Assembly (NCBI GenBank): GCA_964016885.1
Contig: OZ024742.1
Location: 306,094,001-306,158,000, forward strand
Reading direction: 5' to 3'
Length of the DNA stretch: 64,000 bases
Source: Eledone cirrhosa
Taxonomy: Eukaryota
Under the pieces are notes generated by a model, which worked only from the letters and a program-made list of their open reading frames with translations, did no database searches and was not told the DNA's origin. Both the position numbers and the translations under genes were made by a program. How positions within the stretch are numbered: the stretch's first letter is position 1; the number at the start of each line of letters is the position of its first letter. Of this stretch, positions 24,874 to 38,613 are shown piece by piece.

Positions 24874-25280
24874 AAAAGAATAGAGGTGTAACACACGAGT
24901 TAAGATATATTGGTAAACGGAAAAGAAAATGCTGACAAATTGTTCACAGTAAAAAATAGTTTAATTAGGAATAAGTGAAAATTAGTAATAGTATTGGTTA
25001 GTATTCAGTTTTGGTTTTAAGTTTTACCGGTTGCGCATTTCTAATGCTTTTCAAAAATAATGTTGAGATAGAGCGTCCGTGATGTTTGCTCTAATCAGAT
25101 TAGAGCAAACATTACGGGCGCTCTATCTCAAAATTATTTTTGAAAAGCATTAGAAATGCGCAACCGGTAAAACTTAAAACCAAAACTGAATACTAACCAA
25201 TACTATTACTAATTTTCACTTATTCCTAATTCAACTATTTTTTACTGTGAACAATTTGTCAGCATTTTCTTTTCCGTTTA

Positions 25281-25288
<8 letters not shown>
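24874..25288. mobile_element. Near-perfect palindromic insertion of HHR family G
   Basis: Arms 24911-25096 and 25098-25288 with a 1-nt centre (ctaatc a gattag); left arm extends about 37 bp further; (TA)n on both sides. Confidence 0.85.
25137..25172 (+). ncRNA. Minimal hammerhead-like motif, U3-A8 core with GCAA in place of GAAA (mirror copy at 25022-25057 on -)
   Basis: TTT-TTGAAAA-GCAT tagaa ATGC-GCAA-CCGG-TA-AAA. Confidence 0.6.
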
Positions 25289-25349
<61 letters not shown>

Positions 25350-25881
25350 AAGAAATCAACAGGCTAAAATTAGCTTCGTTTATTCATATTCGCTGCTATA
25401 TATATTTCAGTGCTAGCCATTATTCAACATCTCTGACCTCATCAGGCAGTAAGACCTTGAACATCTATATATATATATATATATATGTCAATTGCAAGCA
25501 GTGACTACATTGTCTCCCACTCAAGACAAGTTTAAATAATTAAGAATTCATTATTCAATTTCAAGCTACGTGCCACTTCCTCCAAAACCTTTATAATTTT
25601 AACTATACTAATTATACATGATCAAACATATGTCTGACTTGTCTTATATATATAAAACTATAATTTCTAATAATCAAATGAAGTGAAACTGCACTTTCTA
25701 AAATACAGACCAAAACCTGTGCATAATTTTCCTGTAAAGACAACACAGAACAGATAAAGCTTTCATCAGGTACGTCTGTGAAATTCCAGAATATCAAGAC
25801 TCACTACTTGGCCATAATAAATGAATGTTTAAACTCCACTTCCCTATTGTGTACACTTTCCACTCGTCCGGATATATATAT

Positions 25882-26454
25882 GGATTGAGAGAGACGAGGC
25901 TGTGTGGTTACTGATAACGAGTGTTAGAATGTAAGAGGGCACAAACAAGAGATGGACATTTTCCCTTCATCAGTTGTCTACTAAGGGTCACGGATGTTTC
26001 AGTGCATTATAGATAATACATCTATCCGTAGCGCGCCCTTGGCCTTTTATCTATCAAAAAGCCATGAGGGAAAGAAAGAACAAAAGAGAGAAAAAAGAAA
26101 AAAAGGAAGAAAACATAACGTAAGAAGGGGGAAACACAGAACAAGGGCATATGTAAGTGAGTAACCGAGAGGAAAATAAGACGATTACACTTACAATAGA
26201 AGTGTCTATCTCAGCTACGCAGTTAATATGGCCACTGGGCTTAAACCCAACCGATTTTATTAACTTCGTCCGATTTTCCTCTCGGTTACTCACTTACATG
26301 TGCTACGGCTTCTTTCCCTCATCGCTTTTTGATAGATAAAAGGCTGTGGGCGCAATACGTTTTGTCAATAATGAGCTGAAACATCCGTGAGCCGTAGTAG
26401 ACAACAGATGAATGGAAAATGTCCATCTTATGATTGTATCCCCTTACCTACTAA

Positions 26455-26457
<3 letters not shown>
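25882..26457. mobile_element. Older fold-back element between (TA)n tracts
   Basis: 25947-26087 inverted relative to about 26300-26430 (diverged); 26148-26176 inverted relative to 26273-26301; no convincing HHR. Confidence 0.6.
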
Positions 26458-26545
<88 letters not shown>

Positions 26546-26644
26546 GAACATCTTATACATATCACAACAGCGTCGATAATATATCGTTCCTTTGGAATAT
26601 ATAAAATCTCAAGCAACTTAAATTTAAGGTGCTTATGTATGTGA

Positions 26645-26735
<91 letters not shown>

Positions 26736-27088
26736 ACTTCTACAGGACTAGATCTGTTTCATTCGTAATACCAGGATATTCTTTTATAGTGATTTGGTAA
26801 TAGTGACAACCCTCTCATCTTATTTATTATAATTATCAACAAAGGGACACGGAACATTTTCGTGAAGTTGTCGTGATACTCCATCATACAGTTTCCATAA
26901 TTCTCTTTCAGGTATATAAGCTGATATCTAGAGAAGTGTATATTTTGCCAAGTTTCCAAATGTTCCTAGTATCTATCTGGATGTATGCATGTATGCGCTT
27001 GTCCATGTGCGAGAACGTGCGTGTGCATCTATCTATCTCTTTCTCTATCGTTCTTTCTCTATCGTTTTCTCTCAATCCCCCCTCTCTA

Positions 27089-27158
<70 letters not shown>

Positions 27159-27203
27159 TATGCTCACCTACATACATGAATACATACACACATGTTCACA
27201 AAT

Positions 27204-27246
<43 letters not shown>

Positions 27247-27296
27247 CACATTCAAAAGCACACATACAGACGCACATATATATATATATGTGTGTG

Positions 27297-27351
<55 letters not shown>

Positions 27352-27356
27352 ATATA

Positions 27357-27438
<82 letters not shown>

Positions 27439-27785
27439 CATATATTCCCTCGCGAAACTGTATATATATGTGTGTGTGTGTGTAATTTTACTTTTCTTCA
27501 CCCTATCACACGATCGACCAATCCGAGTCATTGATGGGTAAGAAGTGAAAAACAAAAAAGGCCATCACAACAATAAACATGTCAGTTATTCTTTTCTTGA
27601 AATTTAGAAAAAAGAAATTTAACATATTTATTAAATTTTCTTGAAATATCTCATGTATCCCATGTCATCCATCTTCTGTTTTGGATTCTTTTAGATCTGA
27701 AGGCAGGAGAGATAGAGAGTAAAGGAGTCCTTTCCAAATCTATACAACGATATATGGACAAAGGATGTGAAATTATATGTATATA

Positions 27786-27856
<71 letters not shown>

Positions 27857-28076
27857 CTATATGATTGCATGTTTTTCTCTCGCTTAACCCCCTTCTCTCT
27901 ATATATCACTTTGTTTTCATATATATATATATATAAATATATAGATATATGTATACATATATACACATATTATGTATACATATATATAGACAGACAGACG
28001 TAGAGTTTTTCGCGAGGGAATACATATATACATATGTATGTGTGTATGTGTGTGTGCATGTATGTATGTATATGTG

Positions 28077-28160
<84 letters not shown>

Positions 28161-28429
28161 TATACACATCCACACACACATATATATATATTATATGTGT
28201 GTGTGCATGTGTTTTGATAGAGAATACGAACTGAATGCATATGAGAATTTATGCTATTCTAGAAAAGCATCAGAAAAGAGAATAAGTTCGTTTTCATGTG
28301 TCAGCTATTTTCATTTTTGTTTGACGTTCTACAGAAAGACGCATTTGATTATATCCCAAATACGGTTGAATATAATCAATTCTTTTATTTCATGTTTTCA
28401 GATTCGTGTACACACAAACACATCCTCAG

Positions 28430-28482
<53 letters not shown>

Positions 28483-28504
28483 TGTATGTATGTGTGTATA
28501 TATT

Positions 28505-28812
28505 GACTTTCAGACCCCGACCAAATCCCCGAACAGAGCGTCACTATACAGTGCCAAAGTTGGCTTCATCCATATATAGAATAGTGAGCAGGTTTTACTA
28601 TAACTTGTCTTTCAAATACTTCTCTAAAATAATACCAAGCATCCTCAGAGATCGCAATGGGGACAATATAGCTATTTCCAAGAAATCCGCCAGTCTAAGA
28701 TCTGAGATGAATCCACAGCATACCAGTGCCAACACCCTCATGTCAGCCAAGAAAGAACGACTATGGAAAAAGGTAGCAACCATATTGTTACTCCCAGCAT
28801 TGATGCAGTAAA
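28505..28812 (+). mobile_element. Decayed 3' end of a CR1-like LINE
   Basis: RHYTVPKLASS..RIVSRFYYNLSFK..IPSILRD resembles RHCVVLKVPYS..RIRSRYCNSLRFK..LPRDPRD of the 17-kb copy. Confidence 0.6.
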
Positions 28813-29750
28813 TAAATCTTATTTAATAGAGGTTTGTTTACAAAATATTTCTTTACACATATTAAATTATGTACCTGAGCTAAAGTAGCAAGCGCTAATA
28901 CAATGTAACGATAGTGAATGCTATCGTTAGTTCTTACCCTGACAGTGAGGTAGTTTTGACATGAGCAAGGTTTAAATTATTAACAGCGAGAAATAATTGT
29001 GTTGTTATTATACGTAAATATATTGTGTACTGGTTCATATACGCCTTTATTCTAAATGATGTTGTGTTAGTTGTATCACCCTGCCTCGTAATATACTTTT
29101 GCTGTCAGATATGATTTTCTGAAAAAGAACAAAAACAGAAAATAATCACCAAATATAATAGATATAAGAATATTCCACATTGAACATTTAATAAGAATAT
29201 TTAACGAGGAACATTCGAAAATAATCTTTTAGAATTTTCTCATAATAAATTTATGAAAGGTCCATGAAAATGATTTATGAAAAATATTACTAAAATTCCG
29301 TCTTTGTTTATTCAATTAATAATAATCAATTTGCTTGTGATTAACTTAAATACAAAACTTTTATCATTCTTCCATAGAATTTATTCATCATAATGGCATA
29401 ATTATTTTTCATATTTTTTACCCAAATGAAGAAATTCGATCGTAAGAATATACAATTATCTTAAAACAAATTGTTCTTTAATTTTTTAAACATATTCTAT
29501 ATTGGTCTCATTTAAAATTAATTAAAAAATGCACTTCAACTAATAAATAAAACTAATAAAAACAATGTGACGCGTAAGGAGGAGGCCCTCCTATCAAAAG
29601 TCACATCGTATATAATTCAATATTTTCAGGCATGTCAATATGGTGAAGTGTGAGGTTTGGGATTCAAACGCACCGAGTGTCTTCTACTAGTCTAACCAAC
29701 TAGTAAGTAGAATTTAGAATTTGTTACACAGAAGCAATAGGAAGGCACCT

Positions 29751-29824
<74 letters not shown>

Positions 29825-29957
29825 TAGATGTGTGTGTGCATGTGTCTGTGCGTCTGCAGGAATTGAAATCTGAAAATAAAGGTCCATAACTCTATCCTGC
29901 GAAGCATGGTGTCTGAGGCTATACCGATACTGCCAATCCACCTCCCTAATAATATTA

Positions 29958-31010
29958 ATAATAATGCTTTCTTTATTAACCATAAGGGTTGATATGAGGT
30001 ATAACATTAAGGACAGCACAGGATGGTATAGAACGGTACAAATGGGCTCAGCGTGTAAGAAAAAAAAATTATATATATATATAAAATAAAACAAAGGATG
30101 TAACAAAAAAAAAGAAAATAAAGAAAAAATTCCCCAATAGGGGGAGACATCCGAGAGTCAATCGAGGAGAAAACCCACAAAAAGCCACGCTCACCCTGAC
30201 CGCTAGCTCAAGCGCCCTCTTCCAGTTTTCTTCCTGCGAGACTAGAGGCACACGGTTAGGGCAGGCCCATTCACATGGGCAATTATTGCCTCTCTCACCC
30301 ACCTTTCAACTAACTGGCTGGAAGGCAGCACTTCCCTCTCCACCCTGATTTTACTTTTGAGGTGAAACCTGAAAACGTTAATGCGTGCGTCACAGAAGAG
30401 GAAAGTGCCGTCTTCAAACCTTTCAGATGCATCAACCATACGACCTCTTTTGCCATGGCCACCAGGGAGATAAAAACTGCCTGCCCCTCCTGGTTAAAGG
30501 AGGGTTAAAGGCGGGCGATCTTCATGATGGAATCAGCTGATAGCCGGATCCGTCCTACACGCGACCCTCAGATGTTCGAAATAAAGCCTCAAGTCAGCGA
30601 TGATCGGACATTGGACGAGTGCGTGCAGGGCCGTCTCATCGCCCGACTCGCATCTCGGACAGGCCCAGCTGACGGCACTCCCATGTTTGTAAAGTTTATC
30701 TCGAACTGGCAACGCCCCGGTAACACTACCAAGCCAGGGACCTCTGGAAATTATCGGTTGACCCTGGACCGAAAGTTCTGACGAAGAGAATAGCTAGTTG
30801 GCTTTCGTCGACACCTACAGTTTCCCCAAGGACGCCATGGCACTTTCCCTCTACTAACCCTCTATAGGACGCCAAGCTGGAGTTTCCATCGATGACATCG
30901 CCCGACTGGTCGAGGGCTGTGAGCGCCTGAAGACATTCCAGCGTCCAAGCGCTTCCTCTCGGACTTCGCTTGAGCCAGGACTGCAGCTCCATCAAAGAGA
31001 CCAGATCGGA
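29958..31010 (-). mobile_element. 5'-truncated Tx1/L1-like LINE (C-terminal zinc knuckle and 3' UTR)
   Basis: Minus-strand translation near 30605-30710: LPVRDKLYKHG...CPRCESGDETALHALVQCP (CCHC), then FRFHLKSKIRVERE...VERW; AATAAA and an ATT-rich tail at the left end. Confidence 0.8.
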
Positions 31011-31370
31011 ACAATAATAATAAAAAAACACTCGATACTGTAATATTATAGGCACTTATATGCTGCTATATAGTGGAATAGTAATGCGTTGAATATGTAT
31101 GTTCATAGGTCATATTGATGAGACCTGAGTAGAGATAAACAATAACAACATAATTATATGTAAGCATATACATATTTGCACTGTTTAGTTTTTATAAATA
31201 CATATTATAAGCATATATATATATATTTGCAGCATGTTTATGTATAATAAAGAGGCACACACATACATATGAGTACACACACACACATACACACATCTAT
31301 ATATATATATTTGCTATATATTTATCCTTATCGAGCACTCTTTGGATTTTAGCTTCCAATTTATTATTAT

Positions 31371-31450
<80 letters not shown>

Positions 31451-31468
31451 GTTTATATATATTTATAT

Positions 31469-32505
31469 ATGAATGAAAATGGCGAGCAGTTATGATATAT
31501 ATAATAAAATGAAGAATTAGAAGTAGAAGCTAGGAGTATCCATCATCAGTGGTCTACTAGCCGTCACAGGTATGTCTTCGCATTACAGACCATATACCTC
31601 CGCCTAGGGCAATACAATAACTAAAATAAGTCATTGGGATAAAAAGAATTGGGTGGAGAAAGAGAGAAAGGTAAACAAACACGAATGGTGAGGCAACGTA
31701 AAGAGAGGAAAAAATGAGAAAATCAAGTCAATGATTCATTTTGAACATAGGAACGTGCGAATGTTGACGAGAAGGCAAAGACACATCTTGGCCGTGCGAA
31801 TGTGAGCGAGGAAAGAATTTCGTACGGTGTGGGACGATGGAGGAAGAGAGAGAGAGGGTGAGTAGCAGCTAGTGAGTGAGTGAAGGTGTGAGGAAGAGGC
31901 TAGCCGAGAGAGGGTGACTAGCAGAGGGGGTGAGTGAAAGTAAGAGGGGGAGGAGAGAGAAGGCGAGAGAGAAAGAGGGTAGCAGTAAGGGAAGAGAAAA
32001 TGATAGGTCACAGCGAAGGGGAAAGCATATATGAATGAAAATGGCGAGCTGTGGTGTTGCATATATGATATATATAATAAAATGAAGAATTAGAAATAGA
32101 AGCCTGGACTATCTATCTTCAGTGGTCTACTAGCCATCATAGGTATTTCTTTGCATTACAGACCATATACCTCCGCCTAGAGCAATACAATAACTAAAAT
32201 AAGTCATTGGGATAAAATAATTGGGTGGAGAAAGAGAGAAAGGTAAACAAACACGAATAGTGAGGCAACGTAAAGAGAGGAAAAAATGAGAAAATCAAGT
32301 CAATGATTCATTTTGAACATAAGAACGTGCGAATATTGACGAGAAGGCAAAGACACATCTTGGCCGTGCGAATGTGAGCGAAGAAAGAATTTCGTACGTT
32401 GTGGGACGATGTAGGAAGGGAGAGAGAGGGTGAGTAGCAGAGAGTGAGTGAGTGAAAGTGTGAGGAAGAGGCTAGCCGAGAGAGGGTGACTAGCAGAGGG
32501 GGTGA
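31469..32505. repeat. Tandem repeat, period 573 bp, about 1.8 units, TA-flanked
   Basis: gaccatatacctcc at 31588 and 32161; units are highly similar; no ORF. Confidence 0.9.
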
Positions 32506-33032
32506 TATATATGAATAAAAATGCTGTGCGAAGACAACGAAAACACAGAACAGTTCTCTCTCATCAGTGGGGTATGTTGTTTGGGTGCATTAAACTAGGT
32601 CCAATGCACATGGAACAGTAACAAAAGGATTTGTCTTCCAACCACTTACAAATAGGATAACATTTTCTACAACCTATGTGAAGCAACTGGAAATAAGAGA
32701 GACTAGCCGAACATATTAGCCAAGAACAGAAAGCATACAGAGAAGGCGAAGTGGCATGGGGGCGCGGAACACAGTGAATATATAACATTAATAAATATTT
32801 GATCGTTTGGAAGTTAGTCCTATATAGATAGATACAACGAGCAGGTAGAGAAAGAGAGAGAGAGAGAGAGAGCGGGGTGAGATACTAAATAGGAGAAAAG
32901 AGATAGGGGAAAGAACAGAATGCAGACGTTCCTCCAGAGGTCAACTGACGTGAAGGAATAGTCGTGTGTTTCGTCTGATCTTCCGTTGTCTTCGCCCAAC
33001 TGTTTTTATTTATTTTGATTAACTTTTCAAAT

Positions 33033-33082
<50 letters not shown>

Positions 33083-33089
33083 AAGTATG

Positions 33090-33186
33090 ACCCCGACGGC
33101 AGAGCTCAAGCCGTTTCGACGGCTATTTCTGGACTAAATTAGAATTTTTAGCCTGGTGAATAAATAGCCGAACTTGTCAAGGGGGT
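33090..33186 (-). ncRNA. Type I hammerhead, U3-A8 core, intact (family A)
   Basis: CCCC-TTGACAA-GttCGGCTATTT...AAATAGCCGtC-GAAA-CGGC ttGAGCTCt GCCG-TC-GGGG. Confidence 0.88.
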
Positions 33187-33881
33187 ACTTCCTTATATGG
33201 GAAGATTGTAGTTGTCAAGTGGATTGGTTAAAATTTGTTGTAAACACGAATAAGTCTATCATGGCATTTGGTGGAGGGTAGGGGTGGCTGAACTTGCCTA
33301 TAGAACAATAGGGGAGTGAGTGGAGCGGTCAAGCGTTGAAAGTGATATGTATACAGCAGATTCTAAGGATAGTGTATGAAGTGGAGGAGGGAGGTTATAG
33401 ATTAGGTAAATCGAATGAGAGTAGGAGACAATAAAAGATAATAGAAAGAAATAAAAAAAATATATAAAATTAGATAGTGAGAAATGAATAAAAAAAATCA
33501 CAATGCTATCTTACACTTACAGGTTAATAAGTTGAGAATAGAAAAAACTTGTAGAAATTGAGTATTACCCGAACTGATACAAAATTAAAGGGGTTTAACA
33601 CGTCTGCTATACGTAGTTAGTAAAACGTATTCGGCCAATTCTATCTTAAAATTACAGGGGTGGTGGAACTGATGTTACAGAGGCCCGATGGGCTGTATCG
33701 TGGTAGGCGAAAGTGGAAAAGCAGACGAGCAAGGAAATAAGGGGTGGAAGGAAGTGATAGGATGAGACAGGGGAAGAAGAAGACAAAGAGGAAAAGAAAA
33801 GAAAGGAGATACATCTACCTAAGTAAGCTGGGTTTTCCCCTAACTTATTCGGCAAGGGAGGGGGGTGGTATCAGCCCTTGT

Positions 33882-35893
33882 CTACCCACTCGGGTGATTA
33901 TGGGATTTGAGAGCGAGGTAAGTCCTACGCAATCTGTGTTTGCATGCGGTTACCAGTTCGTCTTGTTTAGGAGTTGGTCCTTCGAAAACAACATTTGTAA
34001 TGTTTTCTCCGAGCATAAGTTACACGGACGGCGTCCTCCCGTGTAAGAGTTAGCTCTGGACAGTAAGCTCCAAGTGAGATTGTAGGTTATATTATTATCT
34101 GGGAGGTCCCAGATGTGGCCCGAAAGTGTAGTGGCATGTCGCCGGACAGGGTTCCGGAAAGTATTCGGTGTTGGGAGAGCCGGGTCTTGAAGTCAAACGC
34201 GGTTAAAACCTATATAAGCTTTGTTGGAGGGGTCCGTCCTCACGTTGCACTGGTAGATCACGTTACGTTCTCGGCATTTGTTATTGAGGGGGCACGTAGA
34301 TCTATCAGGGCAGTTACACCTACTGGTCGGCTCGCCACTGATGTCTAGGTTATTTCTTCCATTGGGGTTGAGTTTTTTGTTGTTTGAGGAGACGATGTTT
34401 TGTACGAAGTTAGGTGTGGTGCTGTAGGAGAGTTTGATGGTGTTTTTGTTGATTATGTTGTGGTAGCGGTGTTGTAGTGGGAAGTATTTTTCGAGGAGTC
34501 TAAAGAAGATTTTTCCGATAGGTGTTGCCACCTCGGCATTATGGGGAGGATTGAACCCCGTTACATTGCGTGAGCGGTGGTGTCGCCTGCTGGTTCCGCT
34601 AAGGGAAGCTGGATAAAAGGGCCTGGTTGTAATGAGGCACGTGTTCATCGAATATATGTTCATTAGCGGACAAACGAGATATGCTGAGGGAGATGTTTTT
34701 AACCAGGTTATTGGTGATGTTTCTAAGATGAATAGAGCGGCGGTGGATGTAGTGCAGGTTGTCGTTTGGTTTCCTGTATGGGTCATTTTCGAGGTTAAGG
34801 GTAACGTCCAGCAAATTGACTCGGGTTAGGGACGTTTGTGGGGTGATTTTAAATCCCCAGTCCCGGAAGAAGTTGATTAGTTGCTTACGGACCCGGTCTG
34901 TACTACTGGGGTTGTACCCTTTGAGGGTGAGGAGCTCATCATGCCGGCACAATCCACCGCCGAATGCAGGAAACATTTCGGTGAGTTTAAATAGTAGGAA
35001 TAATCCTATAAGATCTTTGACCTCGGCCGAATCCGTCGCGCCCATACTGACGTCGAAGAGGGAGTCGGGAGCTCTTTTTATCCACTTGGAATTGTCGAAA
35101 AGTAGGACTGTCTTCCTGGCGTGGAGAATGATATTTCTTTCCTGGTCAGTGATGGGTGTGAGTGTTTCGGCAAAGTCCAAGGCGGCCGTAAGGAGCGGTA
35201 AGATAATAGATGCATAGTAACTCTCTATGTCAAACTGGATGAATTTTGTGTCTCGTTTGTCCTCCATATTCCTGAACCACGAGATTACTCCCTGGGTGCT
35301 GACCCATAGCCTAAGTCTCACGTTTTGCTTAACTTTTGGTATAATTCGGTCTAGGATCTTTTTACTGATTCTCCCTATGTCCGACTTCGTTGGGTTTATA
35401 AGCCTAATGGATGGTCATTCAGTGTGAAGTAGGGAGCCCGTGGGTCTAGGGATTCAATGCGGTCGGCGACCCCGAGGCTGGATGTAATTTGTTGTCCATC
35501 TCGATTTATGTCCTCGATAATTGAATGGTTAGCCTTTTTATAGGTGGAGTTTAGGCTGCTCCCGATCAGTGTGTGGTATCTGTCGGGGTTGACGGAGTAG
35601 AGGTTTCCAGTTTTGTCCGAGTACACCATTATGTCGTTGGTGTTTTCATACTCTGTTATTTTGTTACGGAGTTGTTGTAGGAATCTGTTGTGTCTGGGTT
35701 TGAATTTAATGCTCTTGACCAGTTGGAAAAGGTCGTTCTCGAAGGGTGAAAGCATAGGGTTGGGAGGGGGATATTTGTAGGTATTAAATCCGAATATATC
35801 CTTGGTAACGAAGTCCTGATTGTCGCGGTATCTGTCGTAGAAAAAAGTTCTCCATCTTAGTCTTTTCTCAAAAAGGTCGATTTTTTGCGTGAG
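33882..35893 (-). pseudogene. PLE RT plus GIY-YIG polyprotein, multiple frameshifts
   Basis: KRLRWRTFF, SDKTGNLY, FIQFDIESYY, VSMGATDSAE, decayed LCRHD (YRDD position), CNCPDRSTCP, NVIY...YIG, CNLCSE. Confidence 0.92.
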
Positions 35894-35944
35894 CAATTTT
35901 AACCAATCCTCTTGACAACTACAATATTCCCTTATAATGAAGTA

Positions 35945-36040
35945 CCCCCTTGACAAGTTCGGCTATTTATTCACCAGGCTAAATATTCTAATTTAGTCCA
36001 GAAATAGCCGTCGAAACGGCTTGAGCTCTGGCGTCGGGGT
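35945..36040 (+). ncRNA. Type I hammerhead, U3-A8 core (inverted pLTR copy)
   Basis: TTGACAA 35950-35956, GAAA 36013-36016; one stem III mismatch (GGCG). Confidence 0.8.
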
Positions 36041-36132
36041 CATACTTTTTCCTATTTCCCACTCTACTACCCTAAGTATTGAGTACTCTGGTGCGTTATG
36101 GTCCATCTGGTTCCTTACCACAATTCCTTTGT

Positions 36133-36158
<26 letters not shown>

Positions 36159-36165
<7 letters not shown>

Positions 36166-36520
36166 GTGAGGTTTTTTTTACAAAATGAAAAATAACCGAG
36201 GTGCCCTACACGAGTGAAAGTATAAAGAAAAAAAGATGAAATCGAAAATGCATCTGGAGTCTTATTTAAAACAAATATATATATTTATTTGGTTCCTTTA
36301 CCGGTTTCGCAGTTCTTCTGCTTTTCAAAAGTAGAGTTGAGATGGAGGGTCTGTGGTTTTTCTCACAGATGTGAGAAAAATCACAGACCCTCCATCTCAA
36401 CTCTACTTTTGAAAAGCAGAAGAATTGCGAAATCGGTAAAGGAACCAAATAAATATATATATATTTTTTTAAATAAGACTCCAGTTGCATTTTCGATTTC
36501 ATTTTTTTTTCTTTATTTAT
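36159..36520. mobile_element. Palindromic insertion of HHR family C
   Basis: Centre tctcac agat gtgaga at 36361-36376; arms about 145 bp; left arm extends about 60 bp further. Confidence 0.85.
36295..36331 (-). ncRNA. Minimal type I hammerhead, U3-A8 core (mirror copy at 36406-36442 on +, mutated)
   Basis: CTT-TTGAAAA-GCAG aagaa CTGC-GAAA-CCGG-TA-AAG. Confidence 0.78.
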
Positions 36521-36615
36521 ATAACATACAACCAATCTCTCATCATAAGAAAACGCACTTATGTGAAATGATTTCACGATTGGATAAACAATGTATGGCC
36601 TTATTTGGAGAAACA

Positions 36616-36706
36616 ACTCCTTTTAATACAGCCAGTTAACTGCCAAGGCCTTTGGCAATCAGTCTGTAACGGACCTTTGGAATGGCAAGAGCTTCACCGT
36701 CGGGGT
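36616..36706 (+). ncRNA. Decayed hammerhead relic
   Basis: ACTCC/GGGGT stem I, ggaaTGG caagagcttca CCG-TC; core eroded; followed by TCGAGTACTCT at 36749. Confidence 0.4.
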
Positions 36707-37143
36707 CCTGACTGTTTATAATATAACCTTACTCTACTATCCAATGTATCGAGTACTCTTCTTCCCGATTTATATATTCGTTCAACACATATTTTTTGTA
36801 AGGAAATGATGATTGATTTTAAACCAGTGATATAATTTATGGAGAAAAATTCTGCATTTCAATATTACTCCATGTAAAACGCAATGCATGAAAAATTGAA
36901 AAACATTATTTTTTGTAATATATCAAATCTTATTCTTATTTTGTTTCTTGTAAGTAATTTTTTTCTAAATATCAATTCAAAATTTTGTGAATAGGCATCA
37001 TATCTTGTCATTTACCTATGGTTTAAATTTCATATAAATCGAAGGGACAACATTTTCAGCGGGGGAACAGCTAGATGATGTAAAACGGAGTATAAGTATC
37101 AACATGAAAATCTGAAGGCAAGGTAAAATTCCAATCATTTTAA

Positions 37144-37217
37144 ACACGACACATGTTTCAATAAGAGATAGATCGATCGTAAAGTCATGATCAATTATCA
37201 CCGAACTCATCAGGTGA
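37144..37217 (-). ncRNA. Type I hammerhead, canonical core (family H, inverted arm)
   Basis: CAC-CTGATGA-imperfect long stem II-GAAA-CATGTG-TC-GTG. Confidence 0.7.
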
Positions 37218-38613
37218 AATCAGTCTTCAAATTCTTGATATGAGGGAGAAATTTAGAAATGTTCACTCACAGAGTTTATTCCCTCATATGAAGATCCAGT
37301 AGTCAGAATGCTATCAGCTTCAGATAGGGTCATAAAACTGTCAAATCACCATAGCTGCAAAGGACGCTGGACATTAATCAGATCTGTAGAAATACAATCG
37401 GTCACAGTTAATGTGAGTGGGTACACACACACTCAACACCCATACACACCGGCTCGAGGTCAAAGAAAAAAAAAATATATATATATACACATATCAACAC
37501 AGCATCAAACCTGTAGAACTATAGAAGGTCACACACACCGAAGCGATGTCATAGAAAAAACACCAAATATAAGAATAAGAATGTACCAACACAGCATTCA
37601 CCGAAAGTTCGTTTACAAAACAACAAATGCTACATTGGTCAAATTTGAATTTGACGGTGTAAACTGGAAATATTGTGTTAACCCATACACATACACACAC
37701 AAGCAAGTAAGTTCAGTTCAGTGTTCTGTTATACATGTATAGATTGAATTGTAACATTCGTATCTTCAAGTGTATGTTATGGTATATACACATCCGTATC
37801 GTCCGAAAAAGTGCATGTCACATCCATGTGAAGAGCAAGCAATCAGCTCATATCGAACTCAGTATGTAGCGCTGTCACATTGAGATTCTGAGTCCCCAAA
37901 ACCGTGCGTGCAAGCAACTGCAAACTAGGCCAGGAAGGGGTTCCGTGTAGGGGTGGGTATTTGGGTTAATGTGTCAGTAAGTGCGATTTCCGGTCAAATG
38001 GGCCCTTTAGCTTTTAAGATAGGTGTTTGAGTGTGGAGGTGTGTTATCCAACACAAAAGGTAAAGTAAATAACAAAGGATAGCAAAATCCAGAGGATGGG
38101 TGTAGGCCCATTAATGGTGTGTAAGTATTATTGTTCAATCCGTAACTGTGAGCATTCTAGGGTTAGATGATCACGGAACAAAACCTAGTGTAGTGTTCAA
38201 TCGGTAGGAACGTGACCAGTCGCAACTGTGGGAACTCAATGTCTAAAGAAAACGGGCACTGTGTGTAGAGTTGTGTATAGAGAGCGTAGTCGGTCCTAAC
38301 TGAGTGTGTAATACGACTAGCAATATCCCAACAGAGAGAACTCAATGGTTAGGGTATCTTCAACTAAAGGTAGATGCGCGTAATCGGTCTTGCCTGAGTG
38401 TGTAATCAATTACTAACTAGGTATACTGAGTGTGTAATCAATTCTAACTATTTACTAGCTAGATATTCTAAAAGTGCACTCAGCCGTGAGAACTCTGTGG
38501 AAACAAGTCAGGTACCGTTTGTAAGTGTGAAAACAATCTTAGCCGTCTAACTACCTCAGTGTGTGACTGTCTGTTTATTGAGAGAATTCTATACCTAAAG
38601 TAGAGAACGTAAT

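Larger units (their letters stand above)
33079..36132 (-). mobile_element. Penelope-like element family A, slightly 5'-truncated, with inverted pLTR
   Basis: RT-EN remnants on -; 35894-36051 is the reverse complement of 33079-33236 and extends to (TA)n at 36133. Confidence 0.93.

Noticed and set aside
26850-26910. CTGTATGA-TGGAG/CTTCA-GAAA on the minus strand
   Set aside because: Needs several indels to fit the hammerhead consensus; single copy
32520-33035. CTGATGA (32561-32567 on -) and TTGAAAA...GAAA...GTC (about 32945-33030 on -)
   Set aside because: First lacks a GAAA strand; second lacks credible stems I and III
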